From assembly GCA_964016885.1 (NCBI GenBank), contig OZ024752.1, positions 16,244,001 to 16,308,000 on the forward strand: a DNA stretch of 64,000 bases, read 5' to 3'. This stretch comes from Eledone cirrhosa (Eukaryota). A model generated the notes under the pieces. It made no database searches and was not told the origin of the DNA. It was given only the letters and a program-made list of their open reading frames with translations. The stretch's first letter is position 1. Each line of letters starts with the position of its first letter. Below are positions 38,901 through 51,900 of the stretch, one piece after another. A program made the position numbers and the translations under genes.

Positions 38901-41900
38901 GGTACAGTCCGTCCGCCACAATTTACAGGTACAGTCCACCCGACACAATTTACAGGTACAGTCCGTCCGACACAATTTACAGGTACAGTCCACCCGACAC
39001 AATTAACAGGTACAGTCCGTCCGCCACAAATTACAGGTACAGTCCACCCGACACAATTAACAGGTACAGTCCACCCGACACAATTAACAGGTACAGTCCG
39101 TCCGACACAATTTACAGGTACAGTCCACCCGACACAATTAACAGGTACAGTCCACCCGACACAATTAACAGGTACAGTCCACCCGACACAATTTACAGGT
39201 ACAGTCCGTCCGACACAATTTACAGGTACAGTCCACCCGACACAATTAACAGGTACAGTCCAACCGACACAATTAACAGGTACAGTCCGTCCGACACAAT
39301 TTACAGGTACAGTCCACCCGACACAATTTACAGGTACAGTCCACCCGACACAATTAACAGGTACAGTCCGTCCGCCACAATTTACAGGTACAGTCCACCC
39401 GACACAATTTACAGGTACAGTCCACCCGACACAATTTACAGGTACAGTCCGTCCGCCACAATTTACAGGTACAGTCCACCCGACACAATTTACAGGTACA
39501 GTCCACCCGACACAATTAACAGGTACAGTCCACCCGACACAATTAACAGGTACAGTCCACCCGACACAATTTACAGGTACAGTCCGTCCGACACAATTAA
39601 CAGGTACAGTCCACCCGACACAATTAACAGGTACAGTCCACCCGACACAATTAACAGGTACAGTCCACCCGACACAATTAACAGGTACAGTCCACCCGAC
39701 ACAATTAACAGGTACAGTCCACCCGACACAATTAACAGGTACAGTCCACCCGACACAATTAACAGGTACAGTCCGTCCGACACAATTTACAGGTACAGTC
39801 CACCCGACACAATTTACAGGTACAGTCCGTCCGACACAATTTACAGGTACAGTCCACCCGACACAATTAACAGGTACAGTCCACCCGACACAATTAACAG
39901 GTACAGTCCACCCGACACAATTAACAGGTACAGTCCACCCGACACAATTAACAGGTACAGTCCGTCCGACACAATTTACAGGTACAGTCCACCCGACACA
40001 ATTTACAGGTACAGTCCGTCCGACACAATTTACAGGTACAGTCCACCCGACACAATTTACAGGTACAGTCCACCCGACACAATTTACAGGTACAGTCCGT
40101 CCGCCACAATTTACAGGTACAGTCCACCCGACACAATTAACAGGTACAGTCCACCCGACACAATTTACAGGTACAGTCCACCCGACACAATTAACAGGTA
40201 CAGTCCACCCGACACAATTAACAGGTACAGTCCACCCGACACAATTAACAGGTACAGTCCACCCGACACAATTAACAGGTACAGTCCACCCGACACAATT
40301 AACAGGTACAGTCCATCCGACACAATTAACAGGTACAGTCCGTTCGACACAATTTACAGGTACAGTCCACCCGACACAATTAACAGGTAGAGTCCGTCCG
40401 ACACAATTTACAGGTACAGTCCACCCGACACAATTTACAGGTACAGTCCGTCCGACACAATTTACAGGTACAGTCCACCCGACACAATTAACAGGTACAG
40501 TCCACCCGACACAATTAACAGGTACAGTCCACCCGACACAATTAACAGGTACAGTCCACCCGACACAATTAACAGGTACAGTCCACCCGACACAATTAAC
40601 AGGTACAGTCCAGCCGACACAATTTACAGGTACAGTCCACCCGACACAATTTACAGGTACAGTCCACCCGACACAATTAACAGGTACAGTCCACCCGACA
40701 CAATTAACAGGTACAGTCCGTCCGACACAATTAACAGGTACAGTCCACCCGACACAATTAACAGGTACAGTCCACCCGACACAATTTACAGGTACAGTCC
40801 ACCCGACACAATTAACAGGTACAGTCCACCCGACACAATTAACAGGTACAGTCCACCCGACACAATTAACAGGTACAGTCCACCCGACACAATTAACAGG
40901 TACAGTCCACCCGACACAATTAACAGGTACAGTCCCCCCGACACAATTAACAGGTACAGTCCGTTCGACACAATTTACAGGTACAGTCCACCCGACACAA
41001 TTAACAGGTAGAGTCCGTCCGACACAATTTACAGGTACAGTCCACCCGACACAATTTACAGGTACAGTCCGTCCGACACAATTTACAGGTACAGTCCACC
41101 CGACACAATTAACAGGTACAGTCCACCCGACACAATTAACAGGTACAGTCCACCCGACACAATTAACAGGTACAGTCCACCCGACACAATTAACAGGTAC
41201 AGTCCACCCGACACAATTAACAGGTACAGTCCAGCCGACACAATTTACAGGTACAGTCCACCCGACACAATTTACAGGTACAGTCCACCCGACACAATTA
41301 ACAGGTACAGTCCACCCGACACAATTAACAGGTACAGTCCGTCCGACACAATTAACAGGTACAGTCCACCCGACACAATTAACAGGTACAGTCCCTCCGA
41401 CACAATTAACAGGTACAGTCCACCCGACACAATTAACAGGTACAGTCCACCCGACACAATTTACAGGTACAGTCCACCCGACACAATTAACAGGTACAGT
41501 CCGTCCGACACAATTAACAGGTACAGTCCACCCGACACAATTAACAGGTACAGTCCACCCGACACAATTAACAGGTACAGTCCACCCGACACAATTAACA
41601 GGTACAGTCCACCCGACACAATTAACAGGTACAGTCCACCCGACACAATTTACAGGTACAGTCCACCCGACACAATTAACAGGTACAGTCCACCCGACAC
41701 AATTTACAGGTACAGTCCACCCGACACAATTAACAGGTACAGTCCACCCGACACAATTTACAGGTACAGTCCACCCGACACAATTAACAGGTACAGTCCG
41801 TCCGACACAATTTACAGGTACAGTCCACCCGACACAATTAACAGGTACAGTCCCTCCGACACAATTTATAGGTACAGTCCGTCCGACACAATTAACAGGT

Positions 41901-42213
41901 ACAGTCCGTCCGACACAATTAACAGGTACAGTCCACCCGACACAATTTATAGGTACAGTCCGTCCGACACAATTAACAGGTACAGTCCGTCCGACACAAT
42001 TAACAGGTACAGTCCACCCGACACAATTTACAGGTACAGTCCACCCGACACAATTTATAGGTCCCGTCCGTCCGACACAATTTATAGGTACAGTCCGTCC
42101 GACACAATTTATAGGTACAGTCCGTCCGACACAATTTATAGGTACAGTCCACCCGACACAATTAACAGGTACAGTCCACCCGACACAATTTACAGGTACA
42201 GTCCGTCCGACAC
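20908..42213. repeat. 27-bp tandem satellite, ACAGGTACAGTCC(AC/GT)CCGACACAATT(A/T), ~21.3 kb, ~790 units
   Basis: Continuous array with two biallelic positions, rare variants and multi-kb higher-order duplications. Confidence 0.99.
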
Positions 42214-42303
42214 GCTTCCATCTACTCAATGTCACTCACATTGCATGGCTCAAGCCGAAGAGATTGAAAGTGTAATCTAATGACTGTGAAGCGAACTTCT
42301 TAA
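42214..42303 (-). mobile_element. 5' half of the SINE family B copy that hosts the 27-bp satellite
   Basis: GCTTCCATCTACTCAATGTCACTCAC...GATTGAA...GTGAAGCGAACTTCTTAA continues the SINE alignment seen at 10965-11020 and (reverse) 45380-45530. Confidence 0.55.
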
Positions 42304-42892
42304 ACATTCTGTTAATCTACATCCATAATAAACACGTAGAGTACTATCTAATACGTGGCTATATTTTCCATAAAATGGCGTCGCTGTTTTGTAGACTTCA
42401 ATAGAAAATCAAAGTGATCAAATTTTTGATTAATAAGAACATTTACAATTTATACGTCTGATAGAACGATGAAAATATCTTATTGACATTTCTCAAAAAT
42501 ATTTCCTTCGTTATTAAAATAGGTCAATACAAACTACCAGAATCGATCAACTAGAAAGTTGCACTCGGTAAACGAAGCAAATAAATATCTACCGAAACAA
42601 ATAATTTTACAAATGATATAATCTTCTACGGTAGATCATTATCTCATAGAAAGAACAAAATAAATTTATTATCAGTTAATAACTTCAAACTTCAACCTTA
42701 TTCACCTTTGATGTATTTATAGGTCTCTGGCATGATGACTTGTATGGATATGTCTATATCAGATCTTGCCAAGACAGAAAAATAAAATAATAGAATGAGA
42801 AATATCTGATAACTTCCACAAATGAATAGTGTTAGTAAATGTATCCTGATTGGAAATAGAGTGGATAGAACGTCGGATAGAATGCTTTAAGG

Positions 42893-43107
42893 CAGGCATG
42901 GCAAACATGCGGCTCGTGAACCGTAGCGGCCTTTTACAAGCACACCAGAGGCTCACACAAAAGGTTTTTACAGCACGAGCATGTTTTATCTTCGTAATAT
43001 AAAATTTAAAAAATTAGTTTTAATGTGCGCAATTAGTTGTCGTATGTGGCCCTCAGACAACACGTGACCCATGTGGACCTTAGGGCACCCACAGTTTGAC
43101 ATGTCTG
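42893..43107. mobile_element. hAT (Charlie-like) MITE, 215 bp
   Basis: TIRs CAGGCATGGCAAAC / GTTTGACATGTCTG. 8-bp TSD CTTTAAGG / CTTTATGG (7/8 match). Subterminal TGCGGC/TGTGGCCC motifs. Confidence 0.8.
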
Positions 43108-43117
43108 CTTTATGGTA

Positions 43118-43270
43118 TTCGTTCTGGTTTTCTGCTCTCTACGTTCAATTCCCGCCAATGTCGACTTTGCTTTATATTTTAGGGGAGTACAAGTCAAACC
43201 GACTAAAATAAGTTAGTCTAACTTATATAATCGTCTCCCTATCATGGTTTCGGGTACAATAAGAAACAAT
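43118..43270 (+). mobile_element. Degenerate SINE family A fragment
   Basis: ACGTTCAATTCCCGCCAATGTCGACTTTGC...TACAATAAGAAACAAT. Confidence 0.55.
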
Positions 43271-43422
43271 AGCAGCCATTTCAAATCATTGAGATAACCA
43301 ATATTGGAAGAACTTGCCCTATCGTCAGGGGAGAATTCTTTGGAACAAGAGGAGATATTGATCATAAAGTATACAGACCATTTCGTTATCGAAACTGCAT
43401 ATATACAAATATCTATATACAC

Positions 43423-43469
<47 letters not shown>

Positions 43470-44032
43470 CACACACATATATATACATAAATACATATAC
43501 ATATATATAATAGGGGCGTAAATGAAAGCATATCCGATGTGATTATGAACACTAAACACTCAAGAGTCTTGCTATTAGTATTTTAAGCTGTGATAATACC
43601 ACAGTGATCTCAGTAGCCGTTGAGCATGTCAGACACGTGTTTCTCGATTTGTTTTTATCCGTCATCGATGACATTTACGCACTCGCTACTGAAATGAAAA
43701 TAACTTAAAAGATTGTATACTTTCTTACATATGAATCATCGGCTGGAATGTCCATTTGCATATAGTATGAACTCTCGACTAGCTAGGATTAATTAGCAGT
43801 AGCACTAACACAGCGTGGGTCACAATAGAGGTGTATATGAAAGGCATATATTATATGTTTATTTACAGTAAACATACAAGAGACTCACTATGAATGTTTG
43901 TGATTTTCAATTGTGTGTGCGTGAAAAAAATTGGCTACTATTTATAGATGATTGAGCATCCACGTAGATGCTCCCTCGGTAACACTGGCAAGTGTATGTA
44001 CATTAAGTGTGGAATTTTAAGCAGTTAATGTA

Positions 44033-44121
44033 ATAATGGTTTCTTATATAGGCACAAGGCCAGTAATTTGGGGGGAGGGGAAGTCGATTAAATCGCTCCC
44101 AGTGCGTGACTGGTACTTTAT
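44033..44121 (-). mobile_element. SINE family A 3' fragment
   Basis: TAGGCACAAGGCCAG..GGGGAGGGGAAGTCGATTAAATCG..GTGCG..ACTGGTACTTTATT matches 18283-18368. Confidence 0.7.
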
Positions 44122-45359
44122 TCAGTGGAGTCGGCAATAATTTGCTTGAAGCATTGTATATAATATATAATGTATAAAGTGATATAAGGTTAAATAATGC
44201 AAAATGGACGGTAAGATGAAGGTAAGTTACCTGGTAATCTTTGTTTTCTTTTGTTTTCTTTTTTTCTTGGGGGCGGGGGGTGCTGTTTCTTTCGTCCTAA
44301 TATTTCGGGTCTTGAGATTCCCTTCTTCAGAATATAAGGAATTCTGATTAAAATGTTAATGGAATGTTGGAATGTTGTTGTTAACTTTTTTTTTGGGGGG
44401 GGGGGGCATTGTTAGAAATAAACCGAAACGAATTATCATTGAGAAGCGATTTATCATTTACTCCATATCCTTCTGACAAGAACCATAATATCCGGTCGCT
44501 CTTCAATATTTGTCGAAAATCTTTATTTTCTTTACCTTTGTTATGAAGCCTGCTGAGGTGATTGGACGCTGTTTGATTGAAGAATCGAAATATTTTTGTT
44601 TGGCAGGGTCAACAGCGAGTCGACCTAATGTTATTCGATATCTGGCCTCGTGTCTCGTGTATCTAAATTCTAATATTGACGAAATGTTATATATTTGTGG
44701 TTATAGCTGTTATTTGGTTAGGGTCTAACTCTGTTTCAACAGATCTATAGTCAACAATGTTCCAACCATCACTAGCTCATCTTCCCATTTTTTTACTGAT
44801 ATTGTTAATCTGATACTACACTCTCTCATGTTAGTTCCCTTTTTTAGATCAATAGAATCCACTTTGAGGGATATTTGTCTGTTCGTTTAGCATTTCGAGT
44901 GATCACGTAGGGAGAGACCATATTATAAGCCCACCGAATATATTTGAATTGTTTAATCAAAGATGTTAGTATCTGTTGTGGGTGAAAAAACACTGAATAC
45001 ACCCACGTAACTAAAGGTGGACTAGACGAAACTCTATCAACATGAACTGAAGTGAACTGTCACGAGGAAATGTGTGTACGGAGTCTCGTTGGTTGTTCAG
45101 AATTACACCTGGTGAATACCTTGGGTGTTACTCTCGTTTCATACAGATATATAAAACAGGTATGTGACACCATCATAACAGTATCAAAGATGTTAATATT
45201 AATAGACTGAAAGACTTGAATTCAGTCAACGATAATTCTCTACCACAAAACTGTCCTTGTTTCTATCGTAGTTTTAAAATGGCCGAAACGTTGAAACAAT
45301 TAGAACTGCATTGTCCGCTTCCCCTATATTACGTCACTAATGGTTAGTTATATGGCTGT

Positions 45360-45606
45360 AGTGGAAACAGTATGGTCGAATGGTTATGGATTTCGCTTCG
45401 AAATCAGTAGGTCTCTGGTTCGATTCCACTGATGACATATTGGTCAGGTGCCATTTATTTAACATAGCCTCGCATCGAAACATGCCTTATGAATGTAATT
45501 AGGTTGACGAAATATATTTGGCAGCCTGTTTGGATGAGCTGTGCCTCGCATTCAAAGGGACAGCTTTGTCCCACACAGTATCATGCTAAATCTTCCTGAG
45601 AATTAC
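45360..45606 (+). mobile_element. tRNA-derived SINE family B, near full length
   Basis: Pol III A box TGGTCGAATGG and B box GGTTCGATTCC, TCG (Arg-like) anticodon loop CTTCGAA. Body is homologous to 10740-11040. Followed by (GA)n. Confidence 0.75.
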
Positions 45607-45653
<47 letters not shown>

Positions 45654-45954
45654 GTGTGTGTGAGTGAGCGATACCGTCTTGTCTGTAGTGGTACAAGATT
45701 GGTACTGAAATAGAAGGAAGAGGAGGAGGAGGCGAAGAAGAAGTGTATGTAGAATGCTCAGCCACTTGCACGCTAATTTCATAAACAGGCTGTACAGTTT
45801 GTCGGACAAATAAAACATTCATCGTCGAAACCGAGGGAGATACAACTAAAATATTATTTTGTGAGGGGTTTTTTTTGAACTTGTGAAATATTTTTACCTC
45901 CCATTTTTACGTAAACAGGAAATGGCAATAATTACGCGAACTTCTCTGCCACTA

Positions 45955-48900
45955 AGATATACCACCTAGACAACACAAGATATACCACCTAGACAACACT
46001 GTAGATATACCACCTAGTCAACACTAGATATACCACCTAGACAACAGTAGATATACCACTTAGACAACACTAGATATACCACCTAGACAACACTGTAGAT
46101 ATACCACCTAGACAACACTAGATATACCAGCTAGACAACACAAGATATACCACCTAGACAACACTAGATATACCACCTAGACAACACTAGATATACCACC
46201 TAGACAACACTAGATATACCACCTAGACAACACTAGATATACCACCTACACAACACTAGATATACCACCTAAACAACACTAGATATACCACCTAGACAAC
46301 ACTGTAGATATACCACCTAGGCAACACTAGATATACCACCTAGACAACACTAGATATACCACCGAGACAGCACTAGATATACCACCTAGACAACACTGTA
46401 GATATACCACCTAGACAACACTAGATATACCACCTAGACAACACTAGATATACCACCGAGACAACACTAGATATACCACCTAGACAACACAAGATATACC
46501 ACCTAGACAACACTGTAGATATACCACCTAGACAACACTAGATATACCACCTAGACAACAGTAGATATACCACCTAGAAAACACTAGATATACCACCTAG
46601 ACGACACTAGATATACCACCTAGACAACACTAGATATACCACCTAGACATCATTAGATATACCACCTAGACAGCACTAGATATACCACCTAGAAAACACT
46701 GTAGATATACCACCTAGACAACATTAGATATACCACCTAGACAACACTGTAGATATACCACCTAGACAACACTAGATATACCATCTAGACAACACTAGAT
46801 ATACCACCTAGACAACACTAGATATACCACCTAGACAACACTAGATATACCACCTAGACAGCATTAGGTATACCACCTAGACAGCACTAGATATACCACC
46901 TATACAACACTGTAGATATACCACCTAGACAACATTAGATATACCACCTAGACAACACTGTAGATATACCACCTAGACAACACTAGATATACCATCTAGA
47001 CAACACTAGATATACCACCTAGACAACACTAGATATACCACCTAGACAACACTAGATATACCAGCTAGACAACACTAGATATACCACCTAGATAACACTA
47101 GATATACCACCTAAACAGCACTAGATATACCACCTAGACAACAGTAGATATACCACCTAGACAACACTTGATATACCACCTAGACAACACTGTAGATATA
47201 CCACCTAGACAACACTAGATATACCACCTAGACAGCATTAAATATACCACCTATACAACACTAGATATACCACCTAGACAACACTATAGATATACCACCT
47301 AGACAACACTGTAGATATACCACCTAGACAACACTAGATATACCACCTATACAACACTAGATATACCAGCTAGACAACACTAGATATACCACCTAGACAG
47401 CACTAGATATACCACCTAGACAACACTGTAGATATACCACCTAGACAACACTAGATATACCACCTAGACAACACTAGATATACCACCTAGACAACACTGT
47501 AGATATACAACCTAGACAACACTAGATATACCACCGAGACAACACTAGATATACCACCTAGACAACACTAGATATACCAACTAGACAACACTAGATATAC
47601 CACCTAGCCAACACTGTAGATATGCCACCTAGACAACACTAGATATACCACCTAGATAACACTGTAGATATACCACCTAGACAACACTAGATATACCACC
47701 TAGACAACACTAGATATACCACCTAGACAACACTGTAGATATACCACCTAGACAACACTGTAGATATACCACCTAGACAACACTGTAGATATACCACCTA
47801 GGCAACACTAGATATACCACCTAGACAACACTAGATATACCACCTAGACAACAGTAGATATACCACCTAGACAACACTAGATATACCACCTAGACAACAC
47901 TAGATATACCACCTAGACAACACTGTAGATATACCACCTAGACAACACTAGATATACCACCTAGACAGTACTAGATATACCACCTAGACAGCACTAGATA
48001 TACCACCTAGACAACACTGTAGATATACCACCTAGACTACACTGTAGATATACCACCTAGACAACACTAGATATACCATCTAGACAACACTAGATATACC
48101 ACCTAGACAACACTAGATATACCACCTAGACAACACTAGATATACCACCTAGACAGCATTAGATATACCACCTAGACAGCACTAGATATACCACCTATAC
48201 AACACTAGGTATACCACCTAGACAACACTGTAGATATACCATCTAGACAACACTAGATATACCACCTAGACAGCATTAGATATACCACCTATACAACACT
48301 AGATATACCACCTAGGCAACACTATAGATATACCACCTAGACAACACTGTAGATATACCACCTAGACAATACTAGATATACCACCTATACAACACTAGAT
48401 ATACCACCTAGACAACACTAGATATACCACCTAGACAGCACTAGATATACCACCTAGACAACACTGTAGATATACCACCTAGACAACACTAGATATACCA
48501 CCTAGACAACACTAGATATACCACCTAGACAACACTGTAGATATACAACCTAGGCAACACTAGATATACCACCGAGACAACACTAGATGTACCACCTAGA
48601 CAACACTAGATATACCACCTAGCCAACACTGTAGATATGCCACCTAGACAACACTAGATATACCACCTAGACAACACTGTAGATATACCACCTAGACAAC
48701 ACTAGATATACCACCTAGACAACACTAGATATACCACCTAGACAACACTGTAGATATACCTCCTAGACAACACTGTAGATATACCACCTAGACAACACTG
48801 TAGATATACCACCTAGGCAACACTAGATATACCACCTAGACAACACTAGATATACCACCTAGACAACAGTAGATATACCACTTAGACAACACTAGATATA

Positions 48901-51900
48901 CCACCTAGACAACACTGTAGATATACCACCTAGACAACACTAGATATACCAGCTAGACAACACAAGATATACCACCTAGACAACACTAGATATACCACCT
49001 AGACAACACTAGATATACCACCTAGACAACACTAGATATACCACCTAGACAACACTAGATATACCACCTACACAACACTAGATATACCACCTAAACAACA
49101 CTAGATATACCACCTAGACAACACTGTAGATATACCACCTAGGCAACACTAGATATACCACCTAGACAACACTAGATATACCACCGAGACAGCACTAGAT
49201 ATACCACCTAGACAACACTGTAGATATACCACCTAGACAACACTAGATATACCACCTAGACAACACTAGATATACCACCGAGACAACACTAGATATACCA
49301 CCTAGACAACACAAGATATACCACCTAGACAACACTGTAGATATACCACCTAGACAACACTAGATATACCACCTAGACAACAGTAGATATACCACCTAGA
49401 AAACACTAGATATACCACCTAGACGACACTAGATATACCACCTAGACAACACTAGATATACCACCTAGACATCATTAGATATACCACCTAGACAGCACTA
49501 GATATACCACCTAGACAACACTGTAGATATACCACCTAGACAACATTAGATATACCACCTAGACAACACTGTAGATATACCACCTAGACAACACTAGATA
49601 TACCATCTAGACAACACTAGATATACCACCTAGACAACACTAGATATACCACCTAGACAACACTAGATATACCACCTAAACAGCATTAGGTATACCACCT
49701 AGACAGCACTAGATATACCACCTATACAACACTGTAGATATACCACCTAGACAACATTAGATATACCACCTAGACAACACTGTAGATATACCACCTAGAC
49801 AACACTAGATATACCATCTAGACAACACTAGATATACCACCTAGACAACACTAGATATACCACCTAGACAACACTAGATATACCAGCTAGACAACACTAG
49901 ATATACCACCTAGATAACACTAGATATACCACCTAAACAGCACTAGATATACCACCTAGACAACAGTAGATATACCACCTAGACAACACTTGATATACCA
50001 CCTAGACAACACTGTAGATATACCACCTAGACAACACTAGATATACCACCTAGACAGCATTAGATATACCACCTAGACAGCACTAGATATACCACCTAGA
50101 CAACACTGTAGATATACCACCTAGACAACACTGTAGATATACCATCTAGACAACACTAGATATACCACCTAGACAGCATTAAATATACCACCTATACAAC
50201 ACTAGATATACCACCTAGACAACACTATAGATATACCACCTAGACAACACTGTAGATATACCACCTAGACAACACTAGATATACCACCTATACAACACTA
50301 GATATACCAGCTAGACAACACTAGATATACCACCTAGACAGCACTAGATATACCACCTAGACAACACTGTAGATATACCACCTAGACAACACTAGATATA
50401 CCACCTAGACAACACTAGATATACCACCTAGACAACACTGTAGATATACAACCTAGACAACACTAGATATACCACCGAGACAACACTAGATATACCACCT
50501 AGACAACACTAGATATACCAACTAGACAACACTAGATATACCACCTAGCCAACACTGTAGATATGCCACCTAGACAACACTAGATATACCACCTAGATAA
50601 CACTGTAGATATACCACCTAGACAACACTAGATATACCACCTAGACAACACTAGATATACCACCTAGACAACACTGTAGATATACCACCTAGACAACACT
50701 AGATATACCACCTAGACAGCATTAGGTATACCACCTAGACAGCACTAGATATACCACCTATACAACACTGTAGATATACCACCTAGACAACATTAGATAT
50801 ACCACCTAGACAACACTGTAGATATACCACCTAGACAACACTAGATATACCATCTAGACAACACTAGATATACCACCTAGACAACACTAGATATACCACC
50901 TAGACAACACTAGATATACCAGCTAGACAACACTAGATATACCACCTAGATAACACTAGATATACCACCTAAACAGCACTAGATATACCACCTAGACAAC
51001 AGTAGATATACCACCTAGACAACACTTGATATACCACCTAGACAACACTGTAGATATACCACCTAGACAACACTAGATATACCACCTAGACAGCATTAAA
51101 TATACCACCTATACAACACTAGATATACCACCTAGACAACACTATAGATATACCACCTAGACAACACTGTAGATATACCACCTAGACAACACTAGATATA
51201 CCACCTATACAACACTAGATATACCAGCTAGACAACACTAGATATACCACCTAGACAGCACTAGATATACCACCTAGACAACACTGTAGATATACCACCT
51301 AGACAACACTAGATATACCACCTAGACAACACTAGATATACCACCTAGACAACACTGTAGATATACAACCTAGACAACACTAGATATACCACCGAGACAA
51401 CACTAGATATACCACCTAGACAACACTAGATATACCAACTAGACAACACTAGATATACCACCTAGCCAACACTGTAGATATGCCACCTAGACAACACTAG
51501 ATATACCACCTAGATAACACTGTAGATATACCACCTAGACAACACTAGATATACCACCTAGACAACACTAGATATACCACCTAGACAACACTGTAGATAT
51601 ACCACCTAGACAACACTGTAGATATACCACCTAGACAACACTGTAGATATACCACCTAGGCAACACTAGATATACCACCTAGACAACACTAGATATACCA
51701 CCTAGACAACAGTAGATATACCACCTAGACAACACTAGATATACCACCTAGACAACACTAGATATACCACCTAGACAACACTGTAGATATACCACCTAGA
51801 CAACACTAGATATACCACCTAGACAGTACTAGATATACCACCTAGACAGCACTAGATATACCACCTAGACAACACTGTAGATATACCACCTAGACTACAC

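Noticed and set aside
20908-42213. CRISPR array
   Set aside because: No unique spacers, no cas genes, eukaryotic context.
20897-42235. 1335-, 2352- and 1864-aa minus-strand ORFs as real genes
   Set aside because: They are pure 9-aa repeat translations of a 27-bp unit. The array has in-frame TAG variants and +1 frameshifts that were themselves duplicated, and no unique N- or C-terminal domain.
45365-45435. Functional tRNA-Arg gene
   Set aside because: A and B boxes are present, but the acceptor stem does not pair and the sequence continues into a SINE body.
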